This document shows, piece after piece, positions 50,057-59,580 of a DNA stretch of 64,000 nt. The stretch comes from an uncultured virus (IMG/VR IMGVR_UViG_3300026484_000088). Its lineage: Duplodnaviria > Heunggongvirae > Uroviricota > Caudoviricetes. A model generated the notes under the pieces. The model saw only the letters and a list, made by a program, of their open reading frames with translations. It ran no database searches and had not been told where the DNA came from. The first letter of the stretch is position 1. Each line of letters begins with the position of its first letter. The position numbers and the translations under genes were made by a program. The stretch is taken from IMG/VR virus record IMGVR_UViG_3300026484_000088, one strand, 5' to 3'.

Positions 50057-50809
50057 ATGCAAGAATCTACTTTCAAATTATTAGCTTATCGATTAAATAA
50101 GATAGGCTATGATTTTAGTGATAGAAAAGAAACTCTTGAGAGATATTTTACTAAATTAATATTTACTCAGGAGTCTTGGAGTCTTCAATATATTGCTACA
50201 TTAATAGGTAAAAGATTATGTAAAGATTTTAAGATGGAATTACCTAATGATTTAGAAGTTGCTTATCAAGGAATTAGATTTCTTGAGATGTTACCAAAGA
50301 ATTTAGTAGATTATAGAATAGGATATACTCCTGAAGGTACTCCATCAATAGTAATACTTCCTCAGCATTATTTCGAAGAAGAATTAGAGGAAAAAGCTAT
50401 TGAACCAGAATTAGATCCAGAAGAGATAGAGTATTCTAAGAGAGATTTAGTACATAAGAGATTTTGGCGAGGTAATATATTTAGTGTAGATATAGATAGT
50501 CTAGATATATTAAATAATGTAGTTTTTAAAATAGATACTAATATATCTATATTAGAAGACCCAAGTTATGATAAATCAGAACATAAACACTTGGAAAAGA
50601 GTAAAAGTAAAGTATTAGTAGATAAATATACTAATATAAATAAATTTTACTTCAGACATTTCTACGATACAAGAGGTAGGATATACTCATGTGGGTATCA
50701 TATTAACCCACAAGGTACTAAATATAAAAAAGCAATACTTACAATGATCAATAATACTCAATGGAACCAAGAAGATAAAGATAGTTTAAAAGACTTCTTA
50801 ATAAATTAA
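50057..50809 (+). CDS. RNA polymerase II subunit 1 (N4 gp15-like)
   Basis: FYFRHFYDTRGRIYSCGYHINPQG..KKA. Confidence 0.88.
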   Translation: MQESTFKLLAYRLNKIGYDFSDRKETLERYFTKLIFTQESWSLQYIATLIGKRLCKDFKMELPNDLEVAYQGIRFLEMLPKNLVDYRIGYTPEGTPSIVILPQHYFEEELEEKAIEPELDPEEIEYSKRDLVHKRFWRGNIFSVDIDSLDILNNVVFKIDTNISILEDPSYDKSEHKHLEKSKSKVLVDKYTNINKFYFRHFYDTRGRIYSCGYHINPQGTKYKKAILTMINNTQWNQEDKDSLKDFLIN

Positions 50810-50825
50810 ATATAAAGGATAAAAA

Positions 50826-51809
50826 ATGACATATAAAGATTTAACTAAAAATGAATGGATAGTAGTTAATATAGCAAACGAAGCAGGGTTTGACAAATTA
50901 TTTTGGAATGATAGAGTAATTAAAGGTAAAGAGATAATTAACTCTTATCTTAATGGTTCATTTAAACCAGAAAAAGATAATTACTTATTAATTAAAAGAC
51001 TTAATGAAGTGAAAGAATTACTTGATGGTTCAAGTATTCAAGAACCTAACATTTATCTTGATGCTACTGCATCAGGATTACAAATATTATCAGCTATTAG
51101 TTTAGATTTAGAAGCAGGTTCTAAAGTAAACATAGGAACTAAAGAAAGAAAAGATGTTTATTTAGAGACAGCTAAATTATTTAGTGATATGTTTGGTTTA
51201 GATATAGAAAGAGAACATATTAAGAAGCCATTAATGACTTACTTCTATAACTCAAGAAAGAATATAGAAGACTATTTCGGAGAGGAAATGGCTGAAATGT
51301 TCTTCGAGATGATGGGAGAAGGTTTTAAAGGACCTCAAAAGGTATTAGATACAGTTAATAAATACTTTGAACCAAGAAAAGTATTTGAATATAACTTACC
51401 TGATATGAGAGTATCTATACCTATAGAAGTAAGTGTTACTGAAGATCTTAAATTCAAAGAGATAGAAGTACCATTTACATATAAGGTTAATCAAGCAGAT
51501 GAAAATCAATGGAGAGGTTTAGTACCTAATATTGTACATAGTTTAGATGCATGGATATTAAGGTATGTGCTTAAATATTTGAATGAAAAAGAGATAATAG
51601 TACATACTATTCATGATTCATTCCAAGTACCAGTAAGTAAAGTTCCATATTTAATAAAAGCATATAAAGAAGCATTTATTACTATGGTTCAAGATGAATT
51701 ATTCCCTAAGATAATGAAAGACTTATTTGAGGTAGAAATAAACTATGATCTAGAAAGAAAAGAAGCAATGATACAAGCAATTAAAGAGAGTGAGTATATG
51801 CTCTCTTGA
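50826..51809 (+). CDS. RNA polymerase II subunit 2 (N4 gp16-like)
   Basis: LDATASGLQ, REHIKKPLMTYFYNS, NIVHSLDA, IHDSF, SEYMLS C-terminus. Confidence 0.9.
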   Translation: MTYKDLTKNEWIVVNIANEAGFDKLFWNDRVIKGKEIINSYLNGSFKPEKDNYLLIKRLNEVKELLDGSSIQEPNIYLDATASGLQILSAISLDLEAGSKVNIGTKERKDVYLETAKLFSDMFGLDIEREHIKKPLMTYFYNSRKNIEDYFGEEMAEMFFEMMGEGFKGPQKVLDTVNKYFEPRKVFEYNLPDMRVSIPIEVSVTEDLKFKEIEVPFTYKVNQADENQWRGLVPNIVHSLDAWILRYVLKYLNEKEIIVHTIHDSFQVPVSKVPYLIKAYKEAFITMVQDELFPKIMKDLFEVEINYDLERKEAMIQAIKESEYMLS

Positions 51810-51874
51810 TTGTTTATTTTTATATATACTATATAGTAAGATTTTAAAGTTATCCTTATTTAAGGGTTTAACTA

Positions 51875-51903
51875 TTGATTTTATATAACAATTATGTTAT
51901 ACT
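51875..51903 (+). promoter_or_regulatory. Sigma70-type promoter
   Basis: TTGATT-17nt-TATACT with extended TG. Confidence 0.55.
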
Positions 51904-51940
51904 ATTATAACAATAAAGTTATACAATTTAAGGAGATAAA

Positions 51941-52360
51941 ATGAGAGATTTTAGTATGCCAATAAATATTGTTAATATAGAAACAGGAGAGATTGAAACA
52001 CATCAAGCTTATGTTAAAGAGAATAGTAAAAGATATGTTAAATCAGGATTAATTAAAATATATCCAGAAGTATTAGAAAGTAAATATGTTAAATATATTA
52101 AATATTTAATTAATACTATTAATACTACTGGTTCAATAGAGATAATTTGGAATGATGTATTTAAAGATACAGAAATAAGTTATATGCAAATTTCAAGAAT
52201 TAAAAAACAATGGTTAAAAGAAAATATTATATATTCTAAAGATAAATTTAGAGTATATGTAAATCCATATACTATATTAAGACAAACTACTTTTAGTGAA
52301 CAAATACAAGATCAAATTAAATGGGATTATTTAGTTGGATCCAGAGAAATTAATGTATAG
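51941..52360 (+). CDS. Winged-helix/RepL-like DNA-binding protein
   Basis: VNIETGEI start; ISRIKKQWLKENII..VYVNPY. Confidence 0.5.
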   Translation: MRDFSMPINIVNIETGEIETHQAYVKENSKRYVKSGLIKIYPEVLESKYVKYIKYLINTINTTGSIEIIWNDVFKDTEISYMQISRIKKQWLKENIIYSKDKFRVYVNPYTILRQTTFSEQIQDQIKWDYLVGSREINV

Positions 52361-52456
52361 TTTTTCTTTTTCTTTTTTCTTCTCGCTCGCAAGTCTCGCT
52401 CGATCTGTTTTATGAATAAAATAAATATATAGGTAAAGATACTATATACTTGTTTT

Positions 52457-52843
52457 GTGAAATTTTTAAGTAAAGGAGAAAAAATGAATAATATTAATTT
52501 ATTATTATGTGAATTGATTGGAGGAGGTTATTTAGACTGGAAAAAATTAGATGAATATATTGATGCATATCAAGTAGAACCAGAAGATATAATACAAGAA
52601 ATTAGAGATGTTAATGGAGAAGATTATAAAATAACATTTAATGATTTAATGTATATTACTTTATACTTAGGTTTTTATAATATGCGAGAATATATTCTAC
52701 AAGTTATAAAAGAAAATGAATGGAATATAAAAGATGAAATAAAAAATTGGATAGAAAATATGGAATTTAACTGTTTTGTGAACTACTTAGATAGTTTTAT
52801 ACAAACACCTGTATTTAGTGAATATGATATATGGAAGAATTAA
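52457..52843 (+). CDS. Hypothetical protein (start probably at 52484)
   Basis: ORF; AAGGAG precedes the internal ATG. Confidence 0.55.
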   Translation: MKFLSKGEKMNNINLLLCELIGGGYLDWKKLDEYIDAYQVEPEDIIQEIRDVNGEDYKITFNDLMYITLYLGFYNMREYILQVIKENEWNIKDEIKNWIENMEFNCFVNYLDSFIQTPVFSEYDIWKN

Positions 52844-52948
52844 CAAAGACTGAAAAGAATGTAGCAAGATTTATTGCTGATGTATGGAAAGAGATTAGAC
52901 CTAAGGATGTCTTTAAAAGCCAAATTTAACATAATAAGATAAAATTAG

Positions 52949-52975
52949 TTTCCTGAGTATGAAGTAAAACTACTC
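52949..52975 (+). promoter_or_regulatory. Small pseudoknot motif, copy B
   Basis: Stems TTTC/GAAG and GAGTA/TACTC with the same linkers as copy A. Confidence 0.55.
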
Positions 52976-52999
52976 AAATTTAAAATTAAAGGTAATAAA

Positions 53000-53167
53000 A
53001 TGAAATTATATTATATAGAGCCAGAAAGAAAAGAAGCTGTATGTATAGTAACAAAAGCAGTAAATATAGCTAAACTTGTAGCTGAAGAGTTAGGTTTAGT
53101 TAAAGTATATGAAAATTTGTTTTATGAATATAGAATAAATCACGAAGAAAAGGTATTAGTGTTATGA
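53000..53167 (+). CDS. Small hypothetical protein (55 aa, not in the ORF track)
   Basis: AAAGGT RBS; ATGA overlap with the next gene. Confidence 0.55.
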   Translation: MKLYYIEPERKEAVCIVTKAVNIAKLVAEELGLVKVYENLFYEYRINHEEKVLVL

Positions 53168-53478
53168 AGTTATTAAATAAAAAAATTGATAATACTATCT
53201 ATCAATTTAGAGGGAAAATAGCTAAATTTAGAAATGTAGGATTAAAAAGGATTGTACTATTTACAAATATACAAATATGGTCAGATAAGAACCAGAAATG
53301 GGAAGATTTTAGAGACCATATGTGGTGTGATAATAGGATAAAAAATAAAAGATGGCAAGGCAAAGAAATTACATTTAAAGGACAAAAATATACTTATACT
53401 AATAGTATAGGTAAAACTCAAGAAGCTGTTGATATTAAATATCCTCAATTACAATCAGTAATTAAAGGTAAAAAATGA
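53164..53478 (+). CDS. Hypothetical basic OB-fold-like protein
   Basis: F.G.I.KF..LF.NI..DHMW..ITFKG..Y pattern. Confidence 0.5.
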   Translation: MKLLNKKIDNTIYQFRGKIAKFRNVGLKRIVLFTNIQIWSDKNQKWEDFRDHMWCDNRIKNKRWQGKEITFKGQKYTYTNSIGKTQEAVDIKYPQLQSVIKGKK

Positions 53479-53921
53479 AAACAATAAAAGATTATAAGGT
53501 ATTAGATAATACTTTTTTAGTGATTACAGATGAAAGTCTTATAAGTTTAGATGAATTATATCCTTATGATATGGTTCAAATAAAAAAAAGTAAAAAGAAA
53601 TTATCTAAAAAAGAATTTAATGCTTTTATAGATGAGAATTGGAAAAAGATAAAAGTTAAATATACAAATATTATTGTTATTGGTTCAGAGTTATTTAAAT
53701 TCTTTACAAAAATAAAGAAAGCAGGTAATTATCAAACAGAAATGTATAGTTATGATGGTGTAACTGTTTTACAAGGCATTAAATATCATAATTCTTGGTT
53801 AGAAAAAAATAAATATTTATATGAAATATCACAAGATACTATAAATAGATATTTAAAAGGTAAAAAACCAGTAAGAATATGGAATTATATAGATCCAGAT
53901 AAAATATCTTATTATTTATAA
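53475..53921 (+). CDS. Protein resembling the N-terminal region of N4-like DNA polymerases
   Basis: IIVIGSELFKFFTKIKKA; directly upstream of pol. Confidence 0.45.
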   Translation: MKTIKDYKVLDNTFLVITDESLISLDELYPYDMVQIKKSKKKLSKKEFNAFIDENWKKIKVKYTNIIVIGSELFKFFTKIKKAGNYQTEMYSYDGVTVLQGIKYHNSWLEKNKYLYEISQDTINRYLKGKKPVRIWNYIDPDKISYYL

Positions 53922-53935
53922 ATAAAGGAAATATA

Positions 53936-55086
53936 ATGAAACATGAGTATGAATTTAAAAACTTACTAAATAAAGTAAAATCTAATTTTATAGTAATAGA
54001 TTTAGAGACATTAGGTGTTAGAGCAGAAAACGCTAAAATATATAGTATATCTATTACTTCTGTAATAGATAAAAATACTATTACATTCTTATATAAACCT
54101 TGGATGAAAGATCAATTAAAAGAATTTTTAAAAGATAAACATATTGTATTTCATAATGCATTATTTGATCTAAAAATTCTAATTACTAATTTATTTATGA
54201 ATAGTAATAGAGATTTAGGTGGAATGAGAGATGGTATTATCTTTCTCAAAGAAAATGTAAAAATAGATGATACTATGCTTATGATATATCATTGTAACAA
54301 TAATACTCAAGGCAACGAATTAAGTTTAAAATTTAATGCTTTAAAATATACAGGTGTGTATGCTATTGATGTAACTGATATAGCTGAAGCTTTAGATAAA
54401 GGAATACTTAATGAAAAACAGATACTAGAATATAATGCTATAGATACTATAGCTACTGTATTATTATATGAAGAATATTTACCAAAGATAAAGGAAGAAG
54501 ATGTAAGATTAATATATAGTAAAAGTATTGAATCTATTTATTATTTAATTGAAACTATGATAGTTGGTTTACCATTAGATAAATATAGATTATTAGAGGT
54601 AGAAAAGCAGTTAAAAGATGAATTAGATATATTAAATAATACTTTAAAATTTTATATAGATGATTCATTCAATCCTGGTTCAAGTAAACAATTAAGTAAA
54701 TTACTTTATGAAGTATTTGATTTACCTATTTTAGAAAAAACAGAATCAGGACAACCAGCTACAGGTGGAGATATTTTAAAGACACTTTTAAATTATACTG
54801 ATGATCCAGATAAACAAAAAGTACTTACTTCTATAAAAGATTGGAAAGATGTTCAGAAAATACTTACTGGATTTATCGAACCATTTAAGAAATATTATTT
54901 TAGTAGGAGTAATACTTACTGGCTCACAGGTAATCAGAGGCTTGGAGGAACAAAATCAGGTAGATTAAGTAGTAATGAACCTAATTTAGCTAATTTACCT
55001 TCTAACAGTAAATACGGTAAGTTAATTAAGAGTATTTTTCAAGCACCAGATGGTTGGTTATTCTGTGGATCAGATTTTGCAGCCCT
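53936..55086 (+). CDS. polA: Family A DNA polymerase, exon 1
   Basis: Exonuclease motifs DLET, HNALFD, YNAID; FNPGSSKQL; GTKSGRLSSNEPNLANLP; motif A start SDFAAL. Confidence 0.9.
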
Positions 55087-55195
55087 TAACATATCGGGGG
55101 TCCTAAATAGAAATATTTAGGTAATAATGGTATCTAATTCAGGGAAAGCTAAGTCGTAAGATATGCTAATCCTGAGCCAAGACTTAAATTCCTTA

Positions 55196-55224
55196 TTGAC
55201 TTCTATCCTTTTTTAGTATATAAT
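55196..55224 (+). promoter_or_regulatory. Intron-internal promoter for the HNH gene
   Basis: TTGACT-17nt-TATAAT. Confidence 0.7.
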
Positions 55225-55257
55225 CATAATTGATTACACTAATACAAAGGATAGATA

Positions 55258-55800
55258 ATGATAGAAAAGTTAATTAATGGTTATAATGGTATATATAAAA
55301 TAGATGATAAAGGTAATGTATATACTAAATATAAACCTAAAACAGGTAAAATATGGGATAAATGGACTAAATTAAAATGGGTTTTAGATAAACATATTGG
55401 TTATTATTTAGTTACATTAGTGCATCCAATAACTAAAAAAAGAACTAATAAGTTTATTCATAGACTTTTAATGGAATCTTTTGTTCCTAATCCAGATCCT
55501 AAAAAATATAAGCATGTAAATCATATTGATGGTAATAAAGAAAACAATCAATTAAATAATCTTGAATGGGTAACCCCAAAAGAAAATACAAGACATGCTA
55601 TTAAATTAGGTTTAAATAAACCAGGTGAAGCAAGTAAAAAAGCTATAAAACAAATAGACTTAAATACTGGTGATGTTATTGCTGAATTTGAATCAGCAAG
55701 AGAAGCAAATAGACTTACTGGAATTGCTCACCAAAATATTAGTAAAGTTTTACGAGGTTTACGAAAACATGCTGGAGGATATTTTTGGGAATTTAAGTAA
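55258..55800 (+). CDS. Intron-encoded HNH homing endonuclease (NUMOD4-HNH-NUMOD1 type)
   Basis: GYNGIYKI, IHRLL, VNHIDGNKENN..NLEWVT..EN, FESAREA..ISKV..KHAGGYFW. Confidence 0.9.
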   Translation: MIEKLINGYNGIYKIDDKGNVYTKYKPKTGKIWDKWTKLKWVLDKHIGYYLVTLVHPITKKRTNKFIHRLLMESFVPNPDPKKYKHVNHIDGNKENNQLNNLEWVTPKENTRHAIKLGLNKPGEASKKAIKQIDLNTGDVIAEFESAREANRLTGIAHQNISKVLRGLRKHAGGYFWEFK

Positions 55801-55952
55801 GGTGCAGAGACTATCTCCGTACGGAGAGTAGGGAAGTAAGTGATTGACTTCTCGAAACGGTACCTATCTTAACAGGTAAAGCTGAAGATAAAGATATAGT
55901 CCGACACTCCAAGAAATTGGAGAGACAGAGTAGCGTCTGTCGTAACTGATTG

Positions 55953-56763
55953 CGAAGATCGTATAGTTGCTAACTTAAGTAATGATCCTATGAAAATAGG
56001 TGTATTTACTAAAGGTATTGATGGACATAGTCTAAATGCAGCAGGTTACTTTAAAGAAGAATTAGAATCTCGTGGAATATTTATAGATATGAATGATCCA
56101 GAGAGTATAAATTCTGTAAAGAAATTAGCTAAAGATTTAAGACAAGAAAGTAAGACATATACCTTTGGAATGAATTACGGTCAAGAAGCTCCTGGAATGG
56201 CTAAAAGTCAAGGTATTCCATTAGAAAAAGCAGAGAAAATAGTAGAAGGTTATAAAAATACTTATAGAGTAATGATTGAATGGAATGAAAGTAATAAAAA
56301 ATTTATGAATGAAAATGGATATGTTAGAGGTTGTTGGGGACATAAAATTAAAACACCTTTAATAAAAATGTCTATTATTAATTCAAGAATTACTCCATCA
56401 AATATAAAAGCTGAATTTAGAACAGCCAATAATGCTATTACTCAAAGTTATGGAATACTTACTACTATTGCTGGTTCAAGGTTTCAAGATTTATTAGAGA
56501 AATCACCATATAAATATGATGTATTTTTAATAAATCAAATTCATGATGCTATATATTTATTAGTTAAAAATGATCCAGAAGTAGTAAAATGGGTTAATAA
56601 TAATTTAATAAATACTATGTGTATGATGGATGAACCAAGATTAATAGATGCTCCTGTAAAATTAGAAGCAGAATTAGATATTGGAAAATCTTGGGATAAA
56701 CAAGTAACTCTAAAAAATAATATTTCTATTAAAGAAATAGAAAAACAATTAAACACTTTTTAA
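55953..56763 (+). CDS. polA: Family A DNA polymerase, exon 2
   Basis: EDRI, DGHSLNA, motif B RQESKTYTFGMNYG, motif C QIHDAIY. Confidence 0.9.
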
Positions 56764-56787
56764 GAGTGTTTATTAAAGTTATATTTA

Positions 56788-56959
56788 TGGTATAATTTTA
56801 ATAAGCATTCATTTGAATGTTTAAATCTCCCTTGTAGAAAAAAACTATTCATTTTATTAAGTGATACATTGCTTCTTTTTTGAGACTTAAAAAAATTCAT
56901 ATAAACAATTCCTCCTATTATTTATATTTTACAAACTACAAGGGAGAATTCTCTTTTTT
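56788..56959 (+). ncRNA. Putative sRNA or structured leader
   Basis: TGGTATAAT promoter; 12-bp closing stem TCTCCCTTGTAG/CTACAAGGGAGA; internal CCTCCT; ends in a hairpin plus T-run. Confidence 0.35.
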
Positions 56960-56981
56960 AAATTACACACAAAGGAAAAAC

Positions 56982-57353
56982 ATGAATGTAGAGATAAGAA
57001 ATAACTATCTATATATAAATGGTGAACTAATTAAAAGAGTAACTTCAAATTCACTTTCTCATCAAGTAATAAATTATATGATAGAAAGAGATTTTCATTT
57101 TACATCTTTAAAAATGTTTGCTGATTTATATGATTTAGAAACAGATTCAATGATACATGTAACTATTTATCAAATAAATAAAGAAACACAGAGACTATTT
57201 GGAGAAAAGTTTATACTGACATCAAAGAAAGGTATCTATTATCCTAATCCCTGGTTCAAGACACAGAAAGAGACTATATATAAAGTAAAAATTCCTAAAT
57301 CAATAGAAAAAGAATTTTTAGAAAAATATAGTCAATATATTATAAAAGACTAA
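56982..57353 (+). CDS. Putative winged-helix DNA-binding protein
   Basis: AAGGA RBS before ATG 56982; GIYYPNP wing-like motif. Confidence 0.45.
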   Translation: MNVEIRNNYLYINGELIKRVTSNSLSHQVINYMIERDFHFTSLKMFADLYDLETDSMIHVTIYQINKETQRLFGEKFILTSKKGIYYPNPWFKTQKETIYKVKIPKSIEKEFLEKYSQYIIKD

Positions 57354-57355
57354 AC

Positions 57356-57835
57356 ATGAATAAAATAATTTGTTTCGATATAGATGATTGTATATTACCT
57401 CACTATAATATGCTACCTAAAAAGCATAGATTACAAATCTTTAAGCTAAATCTTGAGAGATTAGTTCATTTATGCCAACAAACAGGAGCTAAACTGTTTA
57501 TGACGTCTAGTTGGGGAATGATATTAAAACTTGATAATGGTTACCTGACTTTTAAAGATGAATTTGATTATGGTGATGAGTTTGAACAAGAAGTTGTTGA
57601 AATTATGAACTCTTATTTGCAGCCTTACATAATAGGTGTTAGTTGTGGTGATAGAAGAGAAGATATTAAAATCCTATTACTACAAGAAAATACTCTTATT
57701 GTAGCTATAGATGATATGGATTTGTCTGATATTGAAAGGGATAATTTTAAGTATATTAAGGTTGAAACTATGATAACAGATAGACAATTAAGATATATTA
57801 AAAAAAATTTAAACAAAATTATCATAAAGGATTAA
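57356..57835 (+). CDS. HAD-family phosphatase (Swiss-Army-Knife RNA-repair type)
   Basis: CFDIDDCI, MTSSWG, VAIDD. Confidence 0.7.
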   Translation: MNKIICFDIDDCILPHYNMLPKKHRLQIFKLNLERLVHLCQQTGAKLFMTSSWGMILKLDNGYLTFKDEFDYGDEFEQEVVEIMNSYLQPYIIGVSCGDRREDIKILLLQENTLIVAIDDMDLSDIERDNFKYIKVETMITDRQLRYIKKNLNKIIIKD

Positions 57836-57836
57836 T

Positions 57837-58502
57837 ATGAATGAATGTAAAGATTGTAAATACTTTGAACCAAGTCAGAATATGTATGGAGATGGTTATT
57901 GCCATAATACAGAATGGTTATTTAATGAACCACCTGTATATAAAGATTTTGGTTGTATTAAATTTAAACAAAAAGGAAAAGAAATGGAAAAACAAGAAAT
58001 GATTAACAAATTGAGAGATATAGCTGATTCTATGGAAGAAAATGATTATTTATGTCATTCAGAAAATTTAAAACAAATTGCAGATGAATTACAAGTAACA
58101 CCAAATCCTATTCAAGATATAGTTGAGTTAAATGAAAAAAGATATGGTTTAATTTTTAATTCTGAAAAAGCAATTGAAAAACTAGAAGAAGAGTTACAAG
58201 AATTTAAAGATGCAGTAAAAGATAATAATGAACATGAGATGTTAGATGCTTTAACTGATATTAGAGTAATTGCTATTGGTGAGATTAGAAAAATGGGATA
58301 TGATCCAGAGTGTACATTAAATGAAACAGTAAAAGAAATTAGTTCAAGAAAACAAGATCCAGCACAAAAACATAGATGGGAAAGACTATTTAAAAAACAA
58401 CCAGGAGAGAAATGGTTAAAAGATAAAAATCAAAGTCCAGATACTTTATATAAAGCAGATTTTAATAAATGTAAAATTGGAAATACTAATGAAAATAATT
58501 AA
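57837..58502 (+). CDS. MazG-like NTP pyrophosphohydrolase with N-terminal Cys-rich domain
   Basis: KLEEELQEF..EMLDALTDI..ETVKEISSR; N-terminal CKDC..C..C. Confidence 0.75.
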   Translation: MNECKDCKYFEPSQNMYGDGYCHNTEWLFNEPPVYKDFGCIKFKQKGKEMEKQEMINKLRDIADSMEENDYLCHSENLKQIADELQVTPNPIQDIVELNEKRYGLIFNSEKAIEKLEEELQEFKDAVKDNNEHEMLDALTDIRVIAIGEIRKMGYDPECTLNETVKEISSRKQDPAQKHRWERLFKKQPGEKWLKDKNQSPDTLYKADFNKCKIGNTNENN

Positions 58503-58752
58503 ATGTATTAGAAAACCAATAGAATTAAAAGCTTTAGAAGTTACAAAGGCTGAATTGAAAGATTTGTTAAAGAACGGTCCAATAACAATATCAGAAGCAG
58601 ATGCAGAATGGATAGCAATTGAATGTGGAGAAGATGAAATTATTGGTTATATTGTGGGAGATATAGATAAAACTAAATCTGATTTAAAATTTATAGATAA
58701 AAAGAATTTTATGGAAGATATAGAGAAATATGAAGTAGTTAAGGAGGTGTAA
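58489..58752 (+). CDS. Hypothetical protein
   Basis: ORF, likely start MKIIKC. Confidence 0.5.
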   Translation: MKIIKCIRKPIELKALEVTKAELKDLLKNGPITISEADAEWIAIECGEDEIIGYIVGDIDKTKSDLKFIDKKNFMEDIEKYEVVKEV

Positions 58753-59057
58753 TGAATAAAAAATATATAGAAAAGTTAGATTATCCTTTAAATGCAGATA
58801 ATCATACATTAAGTTTCTTATTTGAGAAAGTAACAGGTGGTTATAAATGTTTAGTAATTGAAACATATTACTATTCATATAGTGGTAAATTTAGTTATAG
58901 AGGACCTAAAGCTATTTATGGGGTTGAATTTATGACAATGAGTGATCCAGAAAAAATTGAAATTAAACTAAGAGATTATAATATAAATACATTATATAAA
59001 AAATATAAGGAAAAAGATTATAAATTCTTTGAGGATATTTTTAAAATGGAGGTGTAA
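58752..59057 (+). CDS. Hypothetical protein
   Basis: RBS AAGGAGG, TAATG coupling. Confidence 0.6.
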   Translation: MNKKYIEKLDYPLNADNHTLSFLFEKVTGGYKCLVIETYYYSYSGKFSYRGPKAIYGVEFMTMSDPEKIEIKLRDYNINTLYKKYKEKDYKFFEDIFKMEV

Positions 59058-59058
59058 T

Positions 59059-59349
59059 ATGAGTTTTATAGAAATAAGTCCAGAAGAAAATGAACCAGAA
59101 AATAAAGAAATGAAAGATAAACTAGCAAGTGTTCATAAAGCAATAGAGATCTTAAAAGAAGATTTATATCTTCTGGATCCAAGTGAAAGAGCATTATTAG
59201 TTAAAGAATTTATAAATAAAGTATCTCCAAGAGAAATAGCTATGTCTATGTATTATGGAAATACTACAAAAGCTACTTTGATAGCAGAGTTAATTAGAAA
59301 AGAAGATCATGCTTTAATAAAAGATACATTAGATAAGGTATTAAAATGA
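59059..59349 (+). CDS. Hypothetical protein
   Basis: GGAGG RBS before ATG 59059. Confidence 0.55.
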   Translation: MSFIEISPEENEPENKEMKDKLASVHKAIEILKEDLYLLDPSERALLVKEFINKVSPREIAMSMYYGNTTKATLIAELIRKEDHALIKDTLDKVLK

Positions 59350-59570
59350 TGGAAATAAATGAATTATTACAGAAAATTAATAAAGCAGACTATGAAGGTC
59401 TTGAAAAAGTAATTATTTCTGTATCAGATTTAATGACATTAAGAAGAGCTGTTATTGATATGCAAAAGAAAATAGACGGATTAGAAACTAAGTTAAGCTA
59501 TACTGAAACGAAATATAACGTTTTAGTTAGTAAACATTTAAGATCTTATAAAGAATTAACAGAAATTTAA
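59346..59570 (+). CDS. Hypothetical coiled-coil protein
   Basis: 74-aa ORF. Confidence 0.55.
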   Translation: MMEINELLQKINKADYEGLEKVIISVSDLMTLRRAVIDMQKKIDGLETKLSYTETKYNVLVSKHLRSYKELTEI

Positions 59571-59580
59571 AGGAATTATT

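Larger units (their letters stand above)
55087..55952 (+). mobile_element. Group I intron in DNA polymerase motif A
   Basis: P1 GCCCU/GGGGU; P AATTCAGGGAA; Q AATCCTGAGC; R CAGAGACTA; S AAGATATAGTCC; terminal G 55952; splicing restores DFAALEDRI. Confidence 0.92.

Noticed and set aside
53936..56763. DNA polymerase pseudogene
   Set aside because: The interruption is a complete group I intron whose removal restores motif A in frame
3690..58878. Short minus-strand or nested ORFs (3690, 5330, 29372, 38216, 56541, 57625, 58684)
   Set aside because: Overlap better-supported genes; no motifs or RBS
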